Positions 1 through 7,334 of a stretch of DNA of 64,000 nucleotides are shown piece after piece. The translations under genes were made by a program, and so were the position numbers. The notes under the pieces were generated by a model. It was given only the letters and a program-made list of their open reading frames with translations, was not told the origin of the DNA and searched no databases. Location of the stretch: positions 5,831 to 69,830 of IMG/VR virus record IMGVR_UViG_3300036985_004421; one strand, given 5' to 3'. Each line of letters begins with the position of its first letter. The stretch's first letter is position 1. This DNA comes from a virus.

Positions 1-186
1 AGTGCCGACCTTATGAGGGGGCACAGGAATGAGCAGGTGAGGGTATTCTAAAGAATCAAAGTAGTGGTGCATTTCGGTACGAAAGAACTCGTAGTCGAAT
101 TGTGAACCATCTTTGAAGTTCAATAGCATACGCCTGATGTGATTAGGCTTAGAGCTAAAAGCGGTATGTAGGCTATCTATGTGCAT
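1..186 (-). CDS. hypothetical protein, partial (runs off the window edge)
   Basis: ATG at 186 just after the stop of 189..791; frame open to position 1 (MHIDSLHTAF...). Confidence 0.6.
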   Translation of the reverse strand, partial: MHIDSLHTAFSSKPNHIRRMLLNFKDGSQFDYEFFRTEMHHYFDSLEYPHLLIPVPPHKVGT

Positions 187-188
187 GT

Positions 189-791
189 TTAGAATGGTAA
201 GTCGTCCTCGGTGGATGGTATATAGCCTTTGTAATCAGAAGCCAAAACAGAATCAGCACAGTTGGGTTCAAAAACATCCAATGGCTTCAAGGCATACATG
301 AGTTTGAATACCTCTTGTTGAGAAGGTTCTAATCGGTGTACTAAGTCGAAGAGCACATGGCCTTGATTAAGCTTGGAAAGACTGCGTTGGTACTCGTAAC
401 GGTGTTTCAGGGCAAGATTATCAGCTTCACGTTCGTATTTACAGCGAGTGATGTAAAGGTCGTTTACTTGCGTTTGTAAGGATTCAATGTGAGCTTTAGA
501 GCACAGAGCGTGGTAGTTAATGAATAAGGATAGCGCATTAGCCTTATTGTCGATGAACTTAAATTCATGCACGTCAAGTTTGGCAAAGCGAATAGCTTTA
601 CGGTATTCAGTCGGTGCCATTGACCATACAATCATGTGTTCTTCGCGAATGACGTAAATATCAGTATCAGGAAGTAAGCCAAGCAGCTTGTCGTCTTTGC
701 TGTATGTGTCTTTAGAGGCACGTAAAACAGCTTGTAATTCATCAGTAACGCCTGACAATACAATAGTTGGTATGAAAATATCCGTACTCAT
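189..791 (-). CDS. hypothetical phage protein with acidic DDLPF tail
   Basis: 200-aa ORF; C-terminal EDDLPF resembles an SSB-type interaction tail. Confidence 0.7.
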   Translation of the reverse strand: MSTDIFIPTIVLSGVTDELQAVLRASKDTYSKDDKLLGLLPDTDIYVIREEHMIVWSMAPTEYRKAIRFAKLDVHEFKFIDNKANALSLFINYHALCSKAHIESLQTQVNDLYITRCKYEREADNLALKHRYEYQRSLSKLNQGHVLFDLVHRLEPSQQEVFKLMYALKPLDVFEPNCADSVLASDYKGYIPSTEDDLPF

Positions 792-799
792 AATACTTT

Positions 800-845
800 G
801 CAGCGTTGTGAACCCGTTAGGGCAAGGCCATTACGCTGCGGCCTT
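800..845 (-). ncRNA. putative H-type pseudoknot RNA element upstream of the 189..791 start codon
   Basis: RNA: AAGGCC/GGCCUU stem; loop GCAGCGU pairs with downstream ACGCUGC; intervening CCC-UAAC-GGG hairpin. Confidence 0.55.
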
Positions 846-866
846 TGGTTGTTAAGGTGATAGTGA

Positions 867-1226
867 TTAACGTAAACCGTAATCGCATATGAGTACAGTA
901 CCGCGCTCACGTGCCATACGCTCCTCGTATTCTTGAACAAATTGTTCAGAGAGTTGAACTAGCTGTACGGTCACGAAATTGCATGGTATGTGCTCAATTA
1001 CATGAGTTACGATGCCAGCTTTAATGAGAGCTTGGAGTATGCCCTCGTTTTCGGAGTAGTCCTTGATGATGGCGCGGTCTATTGGAACGAATCTATCAAT
1101 GACAACGGTGGCAGTCATAAAGGGCTCGCCTGTTTCCTCTTCGTAAAGAGTGATGTCTGTCAAGTGCCTGTTGGTATCACGGTACATGACCGCGATACAA
1201 TCTGTGTTAAAGAAATTGATTTTCAT
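867..1226 (-). CDS. DUF4313-like hypothetical protein
   Basis: AIIKDYSENEGILQALIKAGI motif; probable start MKINFF at 1226. Confidence 0.6.
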   Translation of the reverse strand: MKINFFNTDCIAVMYRDTNRHLTDITLYEEETGEPFMTATVVIDRFVPIDRAIIKDYSENEGILQALIKAGIVTHVIEHIPCNFVTVQLVQLSEQFVQEYEERMARERGTVLICDYGLR

Positions 1227-1300
1227 TGTAGTTACCTGATTCCCATCCTTGGTGGGTGATACTTGGCCATGCACAGGCACATGGTTGCGGTGAAATAGAA

Positions 1301-1567
1301 TTATTTGTGGTTAGGAAAAAGAACCATGAGGGTGTTCCAACATTCAATTTGGTAAGCATTATCATATCGAATTTGCCAATCCTCGTAGTCGTAATAGATG
1401 CCACAGTAAAGTGAGTCTAGTTCCTGTAATATCATCTCGTTTGATAGACCTCGTGAAATAAGGTCGTCAAATGTGAGGTCACCGAATGTGGTTGTCCAGA
1501 TATGTATGGGCGGTGGTACATCGGTGATGGTAAGCTTTGTGCGGAAACGCTTGTGTAGTGATGCCAT
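1301..1567 (-). CDS. hypothetical protein
   Basis: ORF; probable ATG at 1567 preceded by TCACTATC. Confidence 0.55.
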   Translation of the reverse strand: MASLHKRFRTKLTITDVPPPIHIWTTTFGDLTFDDLISRGLSNEMILQELDSLYCGIYYDYEDWQIRYDNAYQIECWNTLMVLFPNHK

Positions 1568-1580
1568 GATAGTGACTGGA

Positions 1581-2006
1581 TTAGAAAGTGGAATCGTGTA
1601 AATGGTCAACGCGTTTTATGTATTGTTTGCTGAAATCCTCAAAGTCTTTACGGCATTCAGCCATTTTGTCTTCAAGGCGTTTACGCATAGCGTTGTTGGT
1701 CAAAATAATGTTGATGTAGTATTCTTCGCTTTTCCAAACAGGGTTAGTTTGGAGAGAAGGGCGAGATATGCCCACGCAAAAAGTATCACGAGCTTCGAGA
1801 GATTTAGGATTTATGCAAGCAGCATCAATAACATGTTGTCTGTGGAACCGTTGTATGCGTTCTATTTCGAAGTTACCGTTGGAGTAGTGGCGGAATAGGT
1901 AGACAGTGCCGTTATACAATACAACATGGAGAAAAACATCGTAGTTAGTGCCAGTGACAGAAGAGTGGTACTGACATAGAAGAGTTAATGAATGTGAAGT
2001 TGTCAT
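1581..2006 (-). CDS. hypothetical protein
   Basis: 141-aa ORF in a tightly packed - strand operon. Confidence 0.6.
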   Translation of the reverse strand: MTTSHSLTLLCQYHSSVTGTNYDVFLHVVLYNGTVYLFRHYSNGNFEIERIQRFHRQHVIDAACINPKSLEARDTFCVGISRPSLQTNPVWKSEEYYINIILTNNAMRKRLEDKMAECRKDFEDFSKQYIKRVDHLHDSTF

Positions 2007-2020
2007 TCGTTACGTTGTTG

Positions 2021-2133
2021 CTCTGAAACCTACATTGTAGTAGGAACGCCAGCATCTAAGTTTTTGGTTAGCGGCAAAATTGCCTTGTTCCCATGCACAT
2101 ATCGCTATGTGTTACACTCTCAGAGTCATGGGA
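2021..2133 (-). ncRNA. putative structured intergenic RNA (three-way junction or pseudoknot)
   Basis: UCCCAUG/CAUGGGA enclosing CACAUA-GCGA-UAUGUG; further hairpins GGCA/UGCC and CCUAC/GUAGG; CUCUGA can pair with distal UCAGAG. Confidence 0.45.
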
Positions 2134-2142
2134 TTTATTATA

Positions 2143-2550
2143 CTATCTACAAAGTAGGCGGTCTAAATCTTCATCATTAGGTATGAGTTTGGTAAAAGCC
2201 CGAACAGCAAATTCCCATGCAAATACAGTGGGATAGGTTAGGTGCTGATTGGTTGGTGCTATTTTGTGTGAAATAGCAATGATGCGATATGCAGCAGCAT
2301 CAGCATCTTTACCTTCAATCTCAACGCCAATCATAAGTTGTGCAATTTGATTGCAGTATTGTTTTTCAACATCTGACAAGCAATTTTCGTTGATGGCATA
2401 GTTAGCGTATGCTTCATCGTATGAATGAGCGTGTAGTTGTGATAAATTAGGTACTTGTTGCATTGTAATGGGTATTAGGTACGAGGAATGATAGTGAGGT
2501 TCCAACACTACATTGGATTGCTCACTGGTGGCTACTGTCACAGCAGTCAT
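2143..2550 (-). CDS. hypothetical protein
   Basis: 135-aa ORF with ATG start. Confidence 0.6.
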   Translation of the reverse strand: MTAVTVATSEQSNVVLEPHYHSSYLIPITMQQVPNLSQLHAHSYDEAYANYAINENCLSDVEKQYCNQIAQLMIGVEIEGKDADAAAYRIIAISHKIAPTNQHLTYPTVFAWEFAVRAFTKLIPNDEDLDRLLCR

Positions 2551-2590
2551 AGCTCCCTATGCTTTGTTTCCGTAGCGTAGGGATAAGGCG

Positions 2591-2914
2591 TTAGCCTTGG
2601 TATTTATCAGTTTTAATCAGCAAAGAAATGAGCCAAGTTTTACTATCGTGTTGATACACGAAGTATGTCTTGGTTTCCCATAGTTTGGACACTTCAAGTA
2701 CAGGGATTGCGTACTTGTTAGAAATGTGATTCGGAGTGAACACATTACCAACGGTATTAGCAGCCTGTTTGAAAAAGTCAGACAAAGTTTCGGGTGACAC
2801 ATAACCTTCGAATACAAACTCCTTGTTGTCCATAGGATATACAAGGCTTGATTCGATACTGGTGAGTCCGAAGCGTACTTGGTAAGCATCGAACAATTGA
2901 GTGAGGTTTCTCAT
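2591..2914 (-). CDS. hypothetical protein
   Basis: 107-aa ORF; ATGA overlap with the upstream gene. Confidence 0.6.
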   Translation of the reverse strand: MRNLTQLFDAYQVRFGLTSIESSLVYPMDNKEFVFEGYVSPETLSDFFKQAANTVGNVFTPNHISNKYAIPVLEVSKLWETKTYFVYQHDSKTWLISLLIKTDKYQG

Positions 2915-3123
2915 ATCGCTGTGCTATTAAAGAGGATTCGGTCAAGTCTTGCGAATCTTTCCTCTTTGGTTAGTAATTCCGTGTTGATCACACGGTCAAT
3001 GCTCAAACCTGCTGCTTTAGCATCAGCCATAATAGCTGCATGCGTTCTGGGCTTTGCAGGTGGAGTTGTGAGTGTTCTCCCGTAAAGGATAACTGGCTCA
3101 GATATTCTTTGGCGCTTTGCCAT
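2911..3123 (-). CDS. hypothetical protein
   Basis: 70-aa ORF immediately downstream of the hammerhead ribozyme. Confidence 0.55.
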   Translation of the reverse strand: MAKRQRISEPVILYGRTLTTPPAKPRTHAAIMADAKAAGLSIDRVINTELLTKEERFARLDRILFNSTAI

Positions 3124-3152
3124 CTGAATTGGTATTTGGTTAAATGGTGTCT

Positions 3153-3219
3153 GCCATCATCAGTAATCAGGAAACACCCTGACTAGACCCACAATGCTTC
3201 ACAGCAGGTGGATTTCGGC
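3153..3219 (-). ncRNA. hammerhead ribozyme, type II topology
   Basis: RNA: GCC-GAAA-UCCAC...GUGGG-UC|UAGUCAGG...CCUGAUUA-CUGAUGA-U-GGC; complete CUGAUGA/GAAA/GUC core with all three stems; predicted cut between 3186 and 3185. Confidence 0.9.
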
Positions 3220-3221
3220 TA

Positions 3222-3647
3222 TTAGTAAGAGTTTAATTCATCAGCGTATTCAGCATGCCCTATGCAAATAGGACAGTAGTAGAACCCATTGGTATGTGTG
3301 TACAAAGGGGTATGGTTACCATTGCGGTTGCAAGCATAGCAGCGTAGCGGTGCTGGCGTTGTGGGTATGTGGATATACCCTACCACTCTTGGCATAGGCT
3401 TTGGCATAACAACAATAGGCTTTGGTTTAGCCACAGGTGTGTCAAGCTGCCCATCTGCAATGTAGAAAGCAGATACAGCTGCTACGAAAAGAGCAAGGAA
3501 ACAGGCAATTCCTAAGCATACTGTTGATTGCACCATAGGTATTAGCTGGAACGAACCAAGTGTTGTTATCCAAACTAAGGTTAGTGAGAATGTTGGTGCG
3601 ATAGCTGCGGCTATCACGTTGCGAACAAAGAAATATGTTGCTTTCAT
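3222..3647 (-). CDS. membrane protein with C-terminal Zn-finger-like domain
   Basis: two hydrophobic segments, Pro/Lys linker, CYAC...CPIC. Confidence 0.6.
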   Translation of the reverse strand: MKATYFFVRNVIAAAIAPTFSLTLVWITTLGSFQLIPMVQSTVCLGIACFLALFVAAVSAFYIADGQLDTPVAKPKPIVVMPKPMPRVVGYIHIPTTPAPLRCYACNRNGNHTPLYTHTNGFYYCPICIGHAEYADELNSY

Positions 3648-3735
3648 GCGTACTGTTGACGGTGTTTAGGCAGTTGTCGGCTGAGAGTGATAGTGAGTGT
3701 GCTATGACTACGCACTATCGGGTTATGGTCTGAAT

Positions 3736-3805
3736 CACGGACTTGGAACCGTGTCACTCTGAATAGAGTGAGGCCTTACAAGGGATATTCTCCCCTGTCC
3801 TCGGT
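3736..3805 (-). ncRNA. twister-like ribozyme candidate, circularly permuted, copy 1
   Basis: ACC-GAGGA-[CAGGGGA/UCCCUUG]-UAA-GGCC-[UCACUCU/AGAGUGA]-[CACGG-UUCCAAGU-CCGUG]; resembles twister L1 (UAA/GAG) and L4 loop. Confidence 0.65.
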
Positions 3806-3807
3806 CG

Positions 3808-4122
3808 TTACCAAGGGTGTTTACCCGAGGTAACAATAGACTGTACGGATTCGGCTGGCACATAGAATGTGTCACCAATCCATTTACCTTCAAGCATGCC
3901 AACGCACTTTTGCATTGCGGCTACACGTAGCTCGTGCGAAGGAAGCAAGTAGAAATGTTCGTACTGTTTCCACGTGCCATCCAACAAGCCTTGCTTCATA
4001 TCATCTGTGTCATAGAAGTCAGGACCAGTGATAGCAGTCGAATCAGGCGTTGTCATATCCAAGTACCACTTCTTTGGGTCAAGGACTACTTCGCTTGCTT
4101 TGATATTTGGTTCGTAATTCAC
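3808..4122 (-). CDS. hypothetical protein
   Basis: 104-aa ORF, GTG start preceded by TCACTATC; lies between the two twister-like motifs. Confidence 0.6.
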   Translation of the reverse strand: MNYEPNIKASEVVLDPKKWYLDMTTPDSTAITGPDFYDTDDMKQGLLDGTWKQYEHFYLLPSHELRVAAMQKCVGMLEGKWIGDTFYVPAESVQSIVTSGKHPW

Positions 4123-4203
4123 GATAGTGATTGCCTATTCTCGGCTCTTAAGGACTTCAAAGAGTTGCATACTGAGTAGTGAAAGCCTCACCATCGGTTG
4201 ATT

Positions 4204-4271
4204 ACTGGACTTGGAACCAGTCTGCAAATGCAGGGCCTTACAACCCACCACTAAGGTGGGCTGTCCTCGGT
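4204..4271 (-). ncRNA. twister-like ribozyme candidate, circularly permuted, copy 2
   Basis: ACC-GAGGA-[CAGCCCACC/GGUGGGUUG]-UAA-GGCC-[CUGC/GCAG]-[ACUGG-UUCCAAGU-CCAGU]; stems differ from copy 1 but pairing is kept. Confidence 0.65.
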
Positions 4272-4280
4272 ATGAAGCAA

Positions 4281-4652
4281 TTAGCAATAGACAGAGCACA
4301 AAGCTTCGTCCATTAACCTTAGCTGCTCGGCAATGTTGGGTGTGCTGGCCTTGATAGCCTCACACTTTTCGCGGAATAACTCTGCTGCTGTTTTGCGCTC
4401 TGGTATCATGCCATCTTGGTAGGCAGCTAATACCTCGTTGCTCAAAGCAAGAGCACGATTCTTACGCTGTATCAACGTGTATAACCTGCGTGCTGCTTGT
4501 ATCGTGTAATTAGCACTAGCTGTGCTGTTCGGCACACCTGACTTATACGACAATACCTTCACTTGGCTGTAGCGTGGCGTGAACTTGTAAACAAGGGTTT
4601 GACCATCTAATGCTACTACTCTCAACTCATGGGTAACTGATGCGTTTGCCAT
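4281..4652 (-). CDS. hypothetical protein (first gene of the leftward early operon)
   Basis: 123-aa ORF with ATG start. Confidence 0.6.
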   Translation of the reverse strand: MANASVTHELRVVALDGQTLVYKFTPRYSQVKVLSYKSGVPNSTASANYTIQAARRLYTLIQRKNRALALSNEVLAAYQDGMIPERKTAAELFREKCEAIKASTPNIAEQLRLMDEALCSVYC

Positions 4653-4779
4653 GTCTTACTGGGATGCCGTAAAAACTCTTGCGAGAGGTCAAGCATCGAA
4701 ACCTTTTGGGTAAATAGCACAGCCAGACGGTTACTCCACTACAGAGCATTACGCACAAACCATGCAATTAAATTTGTTT

Positions 4780-5160
4780 TATCGAAAGGAAAGCTTTAGC
4801 TTTCGCACACGCGGATATTTACCACATAAGTAATGATACAACCAACATCAGATTGGTGAATCACCACTATGCAAGACATTAACAGCATCAGCATTATCCC
4901 CGATTGGTGATAGTGACCCATCGGAAACCCGCGCTATACCTAGGAATAATACAATCAAATGTAATATACCTAGATACAATTGATAGAATAATAACTACTA
5001 ATATCTATCTATATATATATATGTGCGCGAGAAAAATAGTTTGAGTTGGATGTGTAAACTATATGCTGACTATATATGCAAAAAGATGGGATGGGGGGGA
5101 TAGACGAGAAGTGCAAAGGGTACGGGGGTTAAGGGGATGTGTCCCTCCACAGGTGATACT
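4780..5160. other. non-coding AT-rich then G-rich region; candidate genome terminus, packaging site or origin
   Basis: TATACCTAG x2 (4935, 4965), GATTGGTGA x2 (4851, 4902), (TA)n tract near 5010-5022, G-runs at 5088-5136, no ORF. Confidence 0.4.
4956..4963 (-). promoter_or_regulatory. possible Bacteroidota -7 promoter element (TACATTTG) for the leftward early operon
   Basis: matches TAnnTTTG upstream of 4652. Confidence 0.35.
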
Positions 5161-5202
5161 CTTATGCCTACGGATGATGGTATGGTATCCTTTGTAATGA
5201 TG

Positions 5203-5526
5203 TCACTCTAATAGGAAATCTTTGAACTCTTCATCAGATATGAGTCCATGTTTGTGCTTGATGAACATTTCTTTGATGCGATGTTCTTCTGCGATTGCAT
5301 TTGTTTCTCTTTGCTTGGTACGTTCGTTGAGGTCGTGGATGTAGTCATTGAGTTGAAGTTCTCTATTGGACCAATCAACGCATTGGGATGGTATGTCGAA
5401 GTGTTTGTAGTGTACCGGTGTAATTTTAGGTTCTGCTTGTTTATGGAAGCGGAGAGCCTTTAGGAATTTAATCATATTCTTTAGCTTCTTGGTATGCATC
5501 GAATGGGGATAGTCCTCTGGTTTCAT
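5203..5526 (-). CDS. hypothetical protein
   Basis: 107-aa ORF, overlapping-codon junction. Confidence 0.6.
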   Translation of the reverse strand: MKPEDYPHSMHTKKLKNMIKFLKALRFHKQAEPKITPVHYKHFDIPSQCVDWSNRELQLNDYIHDLNERTKQRETNAIAEEHRIKEMFIKHKHGLISDEEFKDFLLE

Positions 5527-5900
5527 TTGGATAGTTTTACTTTACTCATGTCCAGTAGGACAAATGAAGCTGATACGGATGCAGGTGTGCTTGGCTCGTC
5601 AAAGAGTGGGTGAGGTACTAAGGAGATTTCCATTTCATACTCTTCTGTATATCGTCCTGCGGCTTTGAGTCTTTTGATGTATTCTGCGTTTGTTTTTTTG
5701 CGATTGGCAGATTCCTCTTGGATGGCTTTATCGGTTAGGGCGCATGGGAATATGAATGACAGCCAGCCGTTGGAGTTTTTGAAAGCTTCGATGGAGTTGG
5801 TGTGAGTTTCGTCACCTTGGGAATTTCCACAGAATGCGTATTCCGGTAAGAGGTCATCGACCCCACGTTGTCTTTTGATTGTGTAGGTTTTCATTTGCAT
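5523..5900 (-). CDS. hypothetical protein
   Basis: 125-aa ORF. Confidence 0.6.
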   Translation of the reverse strand: MQMKTYTIKRQRGVDDLLPEYAFCGNSQGDETHTNSIEAFKNSNGWLSFIFPCALTDKAIQEESANRKKTNAEYIKRLKAAGRYTEEYEMEISLVPHPLFDEPSTPASVSASFVLLDMSKVKLSK

Positions 5901-6319
5901 TGTTTTGTGAGTGCATCTTCCAAGTTCCTACATGTTTTGCAGTTTGGGTTATTGCACAGGTTAAATTCTACGGACGATTGAGTAACGATACCTTTCTCTA
6001 TGCAGCCAGTTAGCATGACCATAAGTTTGGGTGCATCGGGGCTGGCCATGATGTCTTGGAGGAATGACATCAGCTTGTCTACGGTTAGTTCACCAATGGC
6101 TGAACCGTATGGTGCTTCTTTATCCTCAATCTGAGGAATGATGCCTTTCCCTAAAAATGGATTCTCTATGGGATCAGGCATTGGGCCGAACATGTGTAGG
6201 AACTGTTCTTTTTCTTTTTCGAGAAAGGCTTGCTCTTGCTCTAAATTGTAAATGTGCTGCTTGAGCGTCATTCCATCGGGAACGTCATTAAGGTCGATTA
6301 CCTTTTTCTTATCTACCAT
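5891..6319 (-). CDS. hypothetical protein with C-terminal Cys cluster
   Basis: 142-aa ORF; CNNPNCKTC. Confidence 0.6.
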   Translation of the reverse strand: MVDKKKVIDLNDVPDGMTLKQHIYNLEQEQAFLEKEKEQFLHMFGPMPDPIENPFLGKGIIPQIEDKEAPYGSAIGELTVDKLMSFLQDIMASPDAPKLMVMLTGCIEKGIVTQSSVEFNLCNNPNCKTCRNLEDALTKQCK

Positions 6320-6324
6320 GATTT

Positions 6325-6804
6325 CTATTTGTTTCTGCTTCTATACTTTAGTTTGTATTTACGGTAGTGCTTATTCCAGATACGTTCAAGTTCTGCTTCG
6401 CGCTCTTCGCGTTGCTTACGTCTGTCAATCTCGCGTTGAATGAACTCCGTCCAGACCTTCTCATATTCCACTTCACCTTGGATTGGCACATATGGCACGA
6501 CTTTGTTTGACTCGTTGACTAGCTGCTGCATTAGCCCAACACCGGGTTCTATGTCCTTGCCAGCTTCAATCCATTGGAATGTATCTGAGTAAGCTTCATC
6601 ATTGAATGCTTTGTGTACTTCATCAGGAATAGAATCGTACTTGTGTTCCCATGGAAAGTACATGGGATTGGCCTTAACGATGTTATTCATTTTTTGGTAC
6701 ATGGCAGAGCCAACGTGTGTGCACATAGCTTCTACTGACCACACCCATATAACGTCTGCAGGTACGTCACTCAGGTCAAATTTGATTGGATATTCTGTTT
6801 TCAT
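6325..6804 (-). CDS. hypothetical protein
   Basis: 159-aa ORF. Confidence 0.65.
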   Translation of the reverse strand: MKTEYPIKFDLSDVPADVIWVWSVEAMCTHVGSAMYQKMNNIVKANPMYFPWEHKYDSIPDEVHKAFNDEAYSDTFQWIEAGKDIEPGVGLMQQLVNESNKVVPYVPIQGEVEYEKVWTEFIQREIDRRKQREEREAELERIWNKHYRKYKLKYRSRNK

Positions 6805-7001
6805 GGCTTTTCTAGTTTAACGATGGCTGTATTGATTTCAGCAGCTAAGTACAAATACTTTTCTTGGTCTGATAGGACGTACACCCCTCTTCGTCCTTCC
6901 ATTGATGAACGCACTCGCACCTCAATGTTTGTGTGCCCTTTTTCTTTGAGAGCTTTAATCAGCTTGTGATTTGGGTGAGTAGATTCTTTGAGGACTTTCA
7001 T
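6801..7001 (-). CDS. hypothetical protein
   Basis: probable start MKVLKES at 7001. Confidence 0.5.
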   Translation of the reverse strand: MKVLKESTHPNHKLIKALKEKGHTNIEVRVRSSMEGRRGVYVLSDQEKYLYLAAEINTAIVKLEKP

Positions 7002-7055
7002 AGCTATTTGGTTTTGTGAATGCGGAGCAGCCAATCTGACCGCTCCGCTATCGGG

Positions 7056-7334
7056 TTAAATAATTCTGTTTAACAATTCAACTACTAAATCAAGTCTGTC
7101 CAGAAGGTACCTGAAATCGTCCTGTTGTGATTCAAACTGAACCAGTGCTCCATCGCGCTTCTCTTCACGGTCAGGTCGTGCACCTTGCTTGATGCTATTA
7201 GAACCTTCGAGGACTAGTATTTTTGACTCTAAGCTTCCTACGTTCTCCTGTAATCGCATCAACAATTCAGCGTTCATCTTGTGGATCCTTTCAAGTTTTG
7301 GAACTTCCTGTGATAATAATTTCGATCCTTCCAT
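7056..7334 (-). CDS. hypothetical coiled-coil protein
   Basis: 92-aa helical ORF. Confidence 0.6.
   Translation of the reverse strand: MEGSKLLSQEVPKLERIHKMNAELLMRLQENVGSLESKILVLEGSNSIKQGARPDREEKRDGALVQFESQQDDFRYLLDRLDLVVELLNRII

Noticed and set aside
3736-4221. tRNA interpretation of GGTTCCAAGTCC as a T-arm
   Set aside because: No cloverleaf, acceptor stem or anticodon arm; the loop is 8 nt and matches twister L4 better
3736-4271. CRISPR-like repeat array
   Set aside because: Only two copies, about 470 nt apart, separated by a gene, with variable internal stems; no cas genes in the window
4658-4720. Possible + strand hammerhead (GATGC...GCATC GAAAC)
   Set aside because: Lacks the CUGANGA core (reads CUGGGA) and is antisense to the operon; treated as a simple hairpin
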